Of a stretch of DNA of 64,000 nt, positions 12,280-23,851 are shown one piece after another. The stretch is taken from positions 62,001 through 126,000 of the forward strand of contig JADEYG010000007.1 in NCBI GenBank assembly GCA_016906335.1, read 5' to 3'. The notes beneath the pieces were generated by a model that saw only the letters and a list, made by a program, of their open reading frames with translations, ran no database searches and was not told the origin of the DNA. This DNA comes from Novakomyces olei. Lineage: Eukaryota. Each line of letters starts with the position of its first letter. Within the stretch, counting starts at the first letter, position 1. Position numbers and translations under genes: made by a program.

Positions 12280-15200
12280 ATGTTAGTGACCGAAAAATTA
12301 GATTCTCTTCGAGAGGAAGACGAGCCACAGCAATATGATTTGCGTCAGGTCGGTCCTGTCGCAAAGGAGCAAAGAGCCAACTCAACAACCATATCAGATT
12401 CATGTGATGCGACAACGTCAGAACTAGATTCAAGCGACAAAGGAGACGATGAGGACGAAAAAAGTTCAGATGTCCTTGCCGGGCAACAGCTGAATTCAAG
12501 CCAAGATTTACAGTATACTCAAGGCAATATGGAACATGATTACGCATCTAATGACGAAGATGAGGAAGAGGAAGAAGAAGAAGATCCCTACACTTTTATC
12601 ACCGATCTCGACAGGTTTGGCATCGTGTTGGAAACAATTTACAATGAAGCCATGTCGCATCGATTGTTGGGCGAAAGAGGTATGCGTGAAGGAGCCATTT
12701 GTATTCGTACAGGCAGTAACGAGTATCGTATCTATCCCGACAGCGGTAGCGCAGGTAAACCATTTTTAAGAGCTTGTGAGGCACTACACATTGAGGGTGC
12801 CATTCGGATAGAGATCCCCACGGTGACGGCGATTATTCGGCGATGCATATCTCACAACGTTTATTCCGTTCCAATAAAAGAAAATTTAAGAGTTCAAGTG
12901 CTCGAATCCATGGAAGAACTCACACGGGCCAAAAAATCACAAGAGTGCGCCTTTGTCAGCAATGAAAACTGCCTCGTTTTATGGTGTGATAATCCAATTG
13001 AACTTGTGCCTATTGCAGAAGCACTACACAAGGATATAATTGACTTTATATGGGCAGGAGGCCATCGATTGGTACGGGACTTGATGTCACCCGTAACACT
13101 AGGGCTGAACAGCAGTCCCCATGGAGCCGCCGGGGACAAAAGGCATGCGGCTTTGTCTTCAAAGAAACGAAACACAGTTCTCGTTTCCCAGAAATCTGTT
13201 GATGATTCTCTGGAAAGCCAGGACATTTCGGAAGAAAGGCAGTTGCCGCTGATCCAACCGTTTATGGTAGCTTTGTCGGTGCTCATGGTTTCATATTTTA
13301 TCGGTGCCTGTGTGAATAAATTAGTTGCGCAGAGTATGGTTGACCACAATTATTACCGGTTTTTCTTATTGATTTTTGTGCCATGGTTTGGGTTCGCTTC
13401 AATGTTCTTTTGCAATACAATTATTACCAACATCATCACTCTGTTGGGCCCTTTAAGTCAGGCACACAGAAACTCTTTATATTATTCATGCCAGGCACCA
13501 GCAAGAACGTTATTGCCTCGTGAGCTGCCCCGAATTACGATTCAGTGTCCAGTTTACAAGGAGTCACTTGCTGGTGTAATCGAACCGACAGTTCGATCCC
13601 TACGTCAAGCAATTCGCACGTACGAATTGCAAGGCGGATCAGCGTCGATTTTCATTAATGATGACGGAATGCAGCTCTTGGATAAACGGGACCAGGAGAT
13701 TCGACAGCAGTTTTATCGCGACAACAACATCGGCTGGGTCGCTCGACCTCCCTCGGGCAAAGACGGATATATTCGGGCAGGCCGATTCAAGAAGGCTTCC
13801 AACATGAACTTTTGTCTCAACGTCTCCATCAAAATAGAGGAAAAACTGAACAAAATTATGCGCCCTCGAACTTGGACGGAACATGACGAATCTTTGGTAT
13901 ATCAGACTGCCCTGCAGCAAGTAATACACGATGATCCACGCATAATGGCTGATGGAAATATACGTGTTGGTGAACTCATTTTGCTCGTGGACTCTGATAC
14001 ACGTATCCCAGACGACTGTTTTCTTGATGCTGCAAACGAATTTGCTCAAAATTCCAGTCTAGCGATCCTGCAATTTGCTTCCAGTGTCATGTCCGTGACT
14101 CACGATTATTGGGAAGATATGATTACCTTTTTCACGGACCAGGTTTACCACGCTATTAGATTGGCGACAGCAAATGGTGATGTGGCCGCGTTCGTAGGGC
14201 ACAATGCCATTTTGCGTTGGAGTGCAGTTCAAGAAGTCACTACTCGCAACAAAGACGGATACAAGACTTTCTGGTCGGAAGATCATGTCTCGGAAGACTT
14301 TGAACTATCCATCAAAATGCACCATTTGGGATACCTTGTGCGCTATGCCACGTATGCCGTGGGCTTCAAAGAAGGCGTTTCCCTCAGTGTCCAAGACGAA
14401 ATCACTCGCTGGCAAAAGTACGCTTATGGCTGTAGTGAGTTGCTTTTTAATCCCTTTATGTATTGGCTCGAGAGAGGTCCTTTAACGCATGTGGCCAAAT
14501 CGTTTTTGCTTTCTCAGCTTTCGCTATACTCCAAATGGAGTATTCTCGCGTATATAGGAACTTACTTTGCCATTGGCTCCGTTTGGTTCTTGTGCGTTGT
14601 TAATTATGGCGTCATGGCCTGGTACATCCGGTATACGGACAAAATATACCTCAACTCCTTCAACATTATGCTGTCTATTTACGTTGTGTTTGGCGCCCTG
14701 TCTTCCGTGGTGTATGTTATCAGCAACTTTCGTCTCGGCAACCCTAACCCCCTTTCCGTGATGAAGCGTACCATCAAGTACGTGATACCCATGTCATTGT
14801 TTTTCGGCTGCTTGTCATTCCACGTGAGCATGGCACTGCTGTGTCATTTATTCAGTATCAACATTCAATGGGGCGCAACGTAAGGATTTCTTTTCTCCGT
14901 CGTTTTTTGTTTTATTGTTTTTTGCTTTTTTTTCCTGTTCTATTTTTTTTTTTCATGCCATTATACTGCTCAATATCATCAAATGTCCTGCACTTGACTC
15001 GTCCATTCCCTTTGCCTTTATTGCGATAGACGTATGATCAAAGTCGGCAATACTGCCTTGCTCATGATGACACAGATTGCTCGAGCTATCTATCTCGTGA
15101 CCGAAATTTTTATACAATCTTGACCATTTCACTAACAAACCAGAGCTAAGGAGCTCGAAGATTCCAATTTCTTCATTGAAGTCCGAAGCGTCTTGCGGCA

Positions 15201-15435
15201 ATACCGCTTCATGTACATTACCCTGACACTTATTATAATCGGCGCAATCATTTGCCAGACACGGATTCTTCCGTACCATTACGTCGTGTTCCGCTTCCCT
15301 GCCATTTTCCCGCTATTTTACAATCTCGGGTGCCATTTGCTGACACCATTTATCCTTAATCCACAGATTACGGTACGTCGTTTACACCTGATACTCTTAT
15401 TTGCTAACAATGATCTGCAGAAATTCCGATTTTAA
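12280..15435 (+). CDS. Processive GT2-family glycosyltransferase (polysaccharide synthase-like), multi-TM
   Basis: 867-aa ORF with TIQCPVYKE, NDDG, FKKASNMN, LLVDSDT, GHNA, VSEDF, DEITRW; TM helices both sides; two 3' introns (from ~14880 and ~15373), last exon ends 15435; exact start uncertain. Confidence 0.85.
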
Positions 15436-15908
15436 TTGGACCGAAAACCCTTAATGCTGTGGTCGTATAATTTGGTCTCGTCTTGTATTACATGTATTTT
15501 TTGTTTATCTAGAGTCGGGAGCGAAGTTTACGAAAAGCAAATACTAGATATACTGTACTTTTTACCGGTATCGTTATTATACGCTGAATTATATGTAAAT
15601 ATTTGGCTAGTTGGATGATAATCCCTGTCCAACTCATTCGCGTGGATCACAATTTACTCTGGAAAACAGCGTCAATTGCGTCATAGACTGGCAGACTTGA
15701 GACTTAGGCAGAGTCGTATAATCCGTAAAAAAGTACAGCTCGAATCATTAACTCGTTACAGCTGGCGTTTGCCGGCAAACAAAGCCTGTATCCTAATTTC
15801 TTACGTTTTCTTACGTTTTCTCCGCTCCCTACACATAATCACGTGCCAAACAAGGTCTATAGTATAATCTGCTGATCTCCAATCCGGTGGATCCGTGCGT
15901 GGGCAAGA

Positions 15909-17662
15909 ATGATGGACCAACGGACTCGCAAATGTATGCACCGAGACGTTGTCAGCAACTTCTTTTTCAAGCAAGATCAAAGTGCCAAAGGCGCGCAAAA
16001 CCAGACGCTGGTGGCCTTATTCCGACGGAGCCATCATCCAAATATCCACACCTACAAGTATTCTAGTTCCACAGATGGAGAAATTCCCAAAGCTAATTGT
16101 CCAGGGGCAAACTTGCACCGGTTGCCGGAAGTATAGATCGGTCTGATCCGAGCTCTTTAGCGGCTGCGGCTAGAGAAATAAGAGAGGAAACTCAGCTCGT
16201 GGTGGACCGTGACATCACATTATTATACTACGGTAAACCATTTTCGTTTGCTGATGAGAGTATCGGAAGGTCGTGGACCGTTCATCCGTTCGGCTGGGCG
16301 TTTAGCAGTCCTGAGGTAGAAAATAAAATAAGCATCAATTGGGAACACTCTGGCTGGCAATGGTACCCCCCGGAGGCGGTGCTTTCGGGCGAGTTAGAGG
16401 ATCAATGTGTTCCTAGATTGAAGGACAGTTTGAGCCAAGTTTACTTTGGTCCACTAGGAATTTTTTCGCTAAACGACCCATGGATTACTGCCAAAAACAG
16501 TGCTGGCAAGGCCTTTTCGGATTGCCTCAACCGCCTCAAGTCGGATCATGAGAATGGAGCACGTGTCTTGGCCACAGAGTGTGTAAAGTGTCTTTCCCAG
16601 ATTGCACAGTCATTCAGCAAAATGGCTGTGCACAGGTCGTCTATGTCCGGTTGGTGGGATGACTTTGTTGTGGCTGCATGGCACCTGATTTTTAGCGGCC
16701 GACCAAGTATGAATGCTGCTATTAGTTCTGCTGTCCTACACAGCCTTTGGCTCGTATCAAAAGCCAGGGAGGATTCGGGCGATACCAGTCTTGAACACAT
16801 TGCGCGCACTCTCTGTGAATATGTCGAGGAAAGAAACTCTGCACCTTTAAAGATATCCCAGGCCTTTGAATTGTTTATTTCGAGTCTGGAAACAGAGGGC
16901 AAAGACGCTCATAAATTGAATATTCTAACTCTTTCATCTTCTTCAACAATACAGTCTGCCTTGTTGCATTTGCTTTTTTCTTTTCCAAAACTTCACTTGA
17001 GCTTGTGTGTATTGGAATCAAGGCCGTTGTGTGAGGGTGCCAAGTTGGCTTCGGTCTTAATACACGAAACTGAGAAAAGGGATCCCGAGCAATTGCAAAG
17101 ACTAAATATTACAGTCGCCCCGGATTCGCATTTGGCGTTGTTGGTCAAGCAAAATTGTGGGCCTCGCCAGGTTCCTAGTATCTTACTTATTGGTGCCGAC
17201 AGGATAAGTTCTCTGGGCGACGTATCGAATAAAATGGGGTCTTTTTCGGCGGCTATTGTTTCAAAGTCACTATCGCCCAAAACGAAAATTGTTGTTCTTA
17301 GTGAGATCGACAAGGTTGCACGGCCATTGGATTTGACACTTGCTGATCATATTACTCATGCTACTGAAAAAGAAAGGAGGGATTTGAGCGAAAGGGAGAT
17401 GGCTGAGCACATGGCAGAAAATAACAACATCAGTGAAGTGACTAAAATATGGACAGAAGCGGGTGCTGGGCAGGATACGAGTAAAGTTCTAACCCGGGCA
17501 GTGCAAAAACATCATGTTTTAGTTCAGAACGTATACTTTGAATGGGTTCCATCAGAATACATTGACTCTTATGTCTGTGAGGATGGAATGCTTAACCAGT
17601 CAGAGATTTTACAAAAGGCAACAAGCATTGGCAAACTCCATAAACAGTTTTTTGGCGAATGA
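15909..17662 (+). CDS. Nudix hydrolase - eIF2B/ribose-phosphate-isomerase-like (IF-2B family) fusion protein
   Basis: Exon 1 VVSNFF..VALFRRS, intron 16058-16104, Nudix-like box GSIDRSDPSSLAAAAREIREETQL; IF-2B motifs RPSM, TLSSSST, LESRPLCEG, LIGADRI, NKMGS, FEWVP. Confidence 0.82.
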
Positions 17663-18296
17663 TATGATTAAGGCAAGCGAATGTTATTGTGCATTCCATT
17701 ATTTCCGCGTGATTCTTTTTTGGATTTGGTTGATTTTGATAAATTTAGAGTCGTGAGGTTACGAGTTTTAATATTAAAGATTGTCCGAATATGCTTTCAC
17801 TCAGGACTGTTTGGAATAGATTGTATATATATAAAGTCCTTTTAGGTTGTAATCTTATTGGTAATTCGCAAAATGAAATGAAGCCAAATAGAACTCGCGC
17901 CTTAATTTAACTCAAATAACCACAATACATATTCAAATAGCCACAGTGTTAATTTCAAAATTAGTATAGGTATTGCCATTGGCTTCACCGAAATCTATGA
18001 TCTACGAAATTTGTTGCTCGGATCAGTACAGGAACAAAGCCGATTGAGTTTAATCAACGGCGGTTCGCAATCACGTGCGAGTGATCGCATGGAGTTTGAC
18101 GTTTATGATTACTTGTTTTATAATCCGTCTACTTTGCATTATCATAGACCGTTATCGCTAGTAAGTAACATAACGAGCAGAACTTTGTCACACTCCAGAG
18201 GTGAGCAAACTCGTTCACTAAGGCTATTTGGACTGCGAAGGTTTGGGCAATTTAGACTTTGGATGTTTCCAATAAGCGCTAAAAGCATGCGTGTTC

Positions 18297-21144
18297 ATGA
18301 GTGATCAAGATGCCCGCGTAGAGTCGGGCGACAATCGTCCGCTCAAAATTAGGCGGGCAGCGAGAGCCTGTCTTCAAGTACGTGCAATTATTATCTTTAT
18401 TTAATTTCAAGGCTCTGTTTCTCTGTCCATTTTGGTTTCAGGTATCCTTTTTCATTTTCGTTTATTCGATTCTGTGTCTGGTAAATGCTGTACAAGAACG
18501 ATCAAGCCTTGTCGGCACTTTATGTTTGAGATTTCTTAATATGTTGTCATGTGTTAATCCAATAGTGTCGCACAAGAAAGCAGCGATGCCTCCCTGTCAA
18601 CGATTCTGACGATCTGCACTCACCGTGTGCGAGGTGTGCTCATCACGATATCACGTGCTCGTTCGAGACAGATAGTGTCGCAGAGTCTGAGGCTGGTTCT
18701 TTATCGTCATTACAATTAGCTCAGCTTGTTGTTAACTTGCAAAGAAGGTACTGCCCACTGGATTTATATGATTTTCTTACTATCGTGCTCTGATCCTAAC
18801 AATACAGTGTTAATGTTCATGAGAAGCGTATAACAGATCTCGAAAACTGCGTTCGCCTGCAGCCTAAAAGTATTTTAAATCCAGCCAATTTGCAAAGGTG
18901 CGCCAGCTTATACGTCTCAAGCTAATAGTTCATTGAAGTACTTTTACCGATGAAGCTCCTTTACCTCCCCCCGGCTCTGAAACAGCCGAGTATGGGTTTA
19001 ATACTATTGAACTCGGGCCGCCCATAACGACATTACGCACGCTTGGAGAGTTGTCTGACATTCGTACCCAAAAGCCTTTGAATAATTCTTCAATGGTATC
19101 AGCAAATGCGACGCGGTACCAGTGGGCAGATCCAATTGCAAATGGTATTTTGTCAGTGTTCGAAGCACAGCAAGCTGTTGCAATGTAAGCGTTTCTACGG
19201 GGTCTTTTACGGATTATTGCCAATACAAAGACAGATATTAGTCATCAACGCCTGCATTCATAGCATGCTAATATACATAGCTTTTTCGACTTTTGCCATC
19301 CATCCGCGCCGTTTCTGAACGAATCTTCACATCGCTCTATAGCTAAACTTCGCTCTAGTCCGGCGCTTTTTCTTGCTATTTGCTGTATCGGCTGCCGTCA
19401 TTGGACTAGCTCCGCAAGGTGAGTTAAAATTGGGTAGTAAAAAAACGTTTATAAGGAGAAAAGCTTAATTGGCGACTGATTGTGGAAAAAAGCCGTCTGT
19501 TACAACAAAAGATCTTTGTCGATTACAAAATTTACTCACAGATCACAGTCAGACTCGCTGTCTTCATCCAAATTTTTTCAGACTCATTGATGTATTGGAC
19601 TCTTTTATATCGCAAATTCTCCTTAAACCGGTACCTCATGATGTTAATTTGGACACTCTGAAAGTACTTCTTTTATATGCCCAATGGATGTCTTGTTCTG
19701 AGGAAGAAGGCCACCCTGGCAAGTTAAAAGGAAGATACAATGATATTAGTCTCTGGGCGGTCCTCGGATTGGCAAGTCGATATGGCTTATTAATGGGCCT
19801 TGATCGTAATGCTGTTGCACCTTTCCAGACACAAGCAACCGTCACAGAAGGACAGATCTCTAGGTACAGAGTATGGCTGAATTTGCTCACTTGCGACTGC
19901 CTTTTAATGCTTACATCGGGCTTGCCTTCTTCACTCGATCCTACTCCGGCTGCTAACGTGGCACGAAAATTTTGTTCATTAAATTCACAGTCTCCGGGCG
20001 ATGCACGAATAGCGGGTCTTCTAGAATTGGCCGCAATTGCTCACAGGCTAGGCCATAAATTTGACGGGACTGCAACTCATGAGGAAAGTCTGGCTATTGC
20101 CAATCGGCAAATGATTGAATGGGAGAGGTAAGCGCAACCATGGTAAACTTAGGCTAACATTTATAGATATTGGGAACCTAAACTACGTAATTTTATGAAA
20201 TATTTGTTTTTAATTTTCTGTCTCGAACTCCTTAAATCCATTTAATATTATTTGCTTTTATTCTGTTTCTTTTTTGTTTGTCTAATTTAAGGTCAAACGG
20301 ATATGCAACATAGTCAGTTGCCTTTCAATTCTTTACGGGTAAGTTTGCGCATAATAATTTGTACTAAGTATTGCAGTGGTACAGATTAGCGCTAAATAGC
20401 GCTACGTTACGACCCCTCCTTTCGTCGCAGACTCATTCGGCACGTCCTAATCTACAAATTTATCATTTAGAATCGTTGGACATATGCCTTACAGCCGCTG
20501 AGCAAGTCTTATTTTCTTATGCTAGTGGTAGTGCAGAAAGCATCTGGACAGTCGAGTCTCAGGATGTAAACACGTTTCCCTCTGGACACCTTGAAATTGA
20601 TCAATATTTACTCACTCGATTGCACTATACTGTCGATTCGACCTGGATCTCGTTGGCGTTTGCTCTCACGTTTCTGACATTATGTTATTTGCGTGGTATG
20701 ATTGATGGTAAGAGGATATCAATGTTGAGCATCAACAGGATCAACAATTTTCGTAGACGCTGTTTTGTTGAAAAAATTCTTTTTTGACCTTCTTTATTTT
20801 ATTTTTTTTTTCTGTGCTAATCCATCAAAGATGATTTGCAAATATGCGCAATGGCACCGCATCCGGACGCACTTCAAATTTGTGCGCCTCTTCCCCCTCG
20901 ACCCGCCGCTGTGATTTCAAGGCTGACTATATTGGCGCGTGATCTGTTTAATGGTATTAACAAGACTCCAGTATTTGGGCCGGCCCGAGAGTTTCATGCC
21001 ATTGTACTAAATGCTGCGTCTATTATCTTATCAGAGAATGAAGTAAATGGAGCTGAACTGGATGATTTGGCCATGCAGTCTTTACTTAAAACAATCAGCG
21101 AGTCGTTCACAGATTGGCCAGACGGTCTTTTTGAAGCTTCGTAA
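18297..21144 (+). CDS. Zn(II)2Cys6 transcription factor, multi-intron
   Basis: RRAARACLQ|CRTRKQRC...PCARC..HDITC across intron 18378-18565; downstream helical middle-homology region (FCHPSAPFL, LLLYAQW, RVWLNL). Confidence 0.82.
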
Positions 21145-21235
21145 TCAATGGCAATGATCCTTTTGTTAATTTTGTAGAGAAAGAGATTTTATTAGTCTAT
21201 ATCATCAGGAATGTAGGCGCTTTTGTCCCCAATAA

Positions 21236-21661
21236 TCATTGATCAAGCTCGAAGCATATATCCTGAGCGCCCTGCCATAGAACCAATTCACCAAGTGCCC
21301 TTAAATTTTCCGCTCCATCAGTTATTGTCAAGAAATGGTTTGCAGCCAATTGGCCCATTTTACTCGCAAACGAAACTCCTCCATAGCAGAATAAAAATTC
21401 TGTCTCAGAATAGCCTCCCGGGTATAAGAGAATATGGCCTGGAGCAGGATGGGAAGTGTGGTTTTCGAATGGCACTCCAAAGTCTTTTTCACCTAATGGT
21501 ATCCACATGCCCTCCCCGCTCCATCGAACATGAATCAGTTTTTGATTATAGGGCATCAATTGTCGAAACATCTCAATCGTCTTGGGTGCATCCTTCTCAA
21601 ATTTTGCTCGAAAGGTATAAGGGCCCGCTTTAATCCGTACAGTTTCACCAACATCGCCCAT
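21236..21661 (-). CDS. DUF3830-family (cyclophilin-like fold) protein
   Basis: Intronless 141 aa; APKT, HVRWSGEGMWIPLG, ENHTSHPAPGHILLYPGGYSETEFL, FASKMGQLAANHFLTI match my recollection of DUF3830. Confidence 0.8.
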   Translation of the reverse strand: MGDVGETVRIKAGPYTFRAKFEKDAPKTIEMFRQLMPYNQKLIHVRWSGEGMWIPLGEKDFGVPFENHTSHPAPGHILLYPGGYSETEFLFCYGGVSFASKMGQLAANHFLTITDGAENLRALGELVLWQGAQDICFELDQ

Positions 21662-21998
21662 TTTGACGTTTAAGCTTTTGCACTATCGTTTTGCAAGACT
21701 GGTGTAATCGCGTATCCATTACATACATAATTTAGCTTTACTCTTAATGTTACTTGAATTCTAGATACACATTTCATGAGATAGAGATAATCTGTGGCAA
21801 CTTCCCTTATCGGTCGGAACAAGCGGTCTGCGGACCGAGCGGGCCTTATCCCGACGTTAGCCCACGCGCCTAACGTGGGCTCATCAAATATTTCTTGAAT
21901 AACCCTATATTATAAACCCGATAAGGAACAGTAATCACAGACGATCTCAGCAAGAATTAAATAATCTCTATCACTGTTCATATACTAAACCAAAACAA

Positions 21999-23324
21999 AT
22001 GGCGACAGTTCTAACACACACCCGCACATACCAGAATGTGTCTCCTCGATCGCGTGGCAGAATTACTCTGGAGCCGACTGACTCGTTTGTGACATCCGGC
22101 GGCCTAACTGTCTCTCCTATTCTCGATTACGGCAACGACTTTTTCGGTGCTGAAGTATCCGGCGTCGACTGGAGTCAGCCTGTCTCGCCCAAAGTTGTTC
22201 AAGAGGTATTTAGTTCCATTAAGCAACGTCAAAAGTTCACACATCCTAATATTTTAGCTTGTGAAATTGGCCGACAAGTACGCAGTTTTGATATTCCGAC
22301 AGACTAAGCTCGACAATAAAGGGCATATTGCGTTTTCCCAGCAGCTTGGCTCTGAGCTAGAAGTCAATCCTTTCTTTTATGGAATTGAGAACGACAGGCT
22401 TGCTGAGCCGTTTTTATGGGATGTTGCAAAGTATGTAAAAAGAGATTTAATTTACAAAGCATCGAGATTTCTAAACAATACAGCATTGAACGTGACGGAT
22501 CGCTGGTAAAGCCAAATTCAAGAAGATGGCACCATAGCCTCGGGAATGCCTTATGGCACACTGTACGTTTAAATCTTCAAGTCGTTAATCAAGCTAATCC
22601 TTAAGGATTCGTCGTATCACCAGAAACGTTCAAAGTACTCTATTTTGCTGTCTCATGGAAATCCCAGCAAAGGTGGTTCATGGACTCACTTTTCCGACAC
22701 TCGAAAGGCATACGACGATCTGCCGCAAGATATCAAGGACGATATAGAAGACGCTATAGTCGAGCACGAGTAAGATATTTTGGCGTATAATCCTTATTAA
22801 CTTCCAGCTTATGGCACTCCCGAAAGCTCGGATCTCCCGAAATCTTTGGAAATCCTTTACCACATGAACTAGCATCCAAACCTCCTGCTTATCATCGACT
22901 AGTTCAAACTGGGCCAGATGGCCGCAAGACATTATACTTGGCTGCTCATGCCAAACAAATCGTAGGACGGAACTTTGAGGACAGTCAAAAGCTTATTTGG
23001 AAGCTTATCGAACATTGTACGCAGGAAAAGGTAGGGAGCTTGTATCAATTCCAGTCTCTTTCTTATTTCTGCTGATTTTACCTATACTCATTTCTGAAAA
23101 TGCTATGTAAAACAAGTTTACTAATTTATAAGTACGTCTTTAGTATGGAGTGGCTCAACGGCGGTGATATGGTTTGGTGGGATAATCGGCAATGCATGCA
23201 TCGCGCTAACCCTTATACTACTTCAATGACTGCGCGCGACGTTCGCAGGTCGACGATTATTGACGACGGACCTTTGGCACATGGCGCTTTAGACGAGCTG
23301 CGGCAAAAATCAAGTTCTGATTAG
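21999..23324 (+). CDS. TauD-superfamily 2OG/Fe(II) dioxygenase, TfdA (2,4-D dioxygenase)-like
   Basis: Spliced FGAEVSGVDW, AVLIFRQT, GNALWHTDSSYH (HxD), THFSDTRKAY, WWDNRQCMHRA, RDVRRSTI; ~5 introns. Confidence 0.85.
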
Positions 23325-23851
23325 CTCACCCCGTAATTTGGCTCGATCGTATTCTGCAAATAGAGTGGGACCTTTAAGGCAAACTTTACGAATTATTTAG
23401 TCTCATATTTCGCCCATTTAATGAATTACTGTCAAATGCTCTCCCCTCGCGCGATAAGAGGAAACTCCTAATATGTTTCCATGTTGTCTACATATACTTG
23501 TCAAGATGTTGTCTCAAGAGATATACAGTGATTAGGGTTAATATCAGGTTGGCTAAAATCTGTTTTACAAATTATTTCTTAAACATTATTACTTGGCAAT
23601 GTAGATCGCTGCTAAAAATACGATAAAAATAGCAAGAAAATCTCCAATTCAAGCAATTCCCCGGAAATATGCCGTGATACGGTATATCCCTTAACTTGGC
23701 ACATAACGCATTTTTGTCTTACTGCGCTAAAGCGGCTTAAAAACTTTGCTTCAAGAAATCTACTGTTCGGAAAGATGTATCCGGGACGAGGCCTCTGTTC
23801 TCTAATATTCAATTAAATCTATAAAAAAGTCATTCTTGGACTCTATGAGTT

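Noticed and set aside
14880-15145. Possible C/D snoRNA in the long GT2 intron (ATGATGA at ~15064)
   Set aside because: No downstream CTGA box D or terminal stem found
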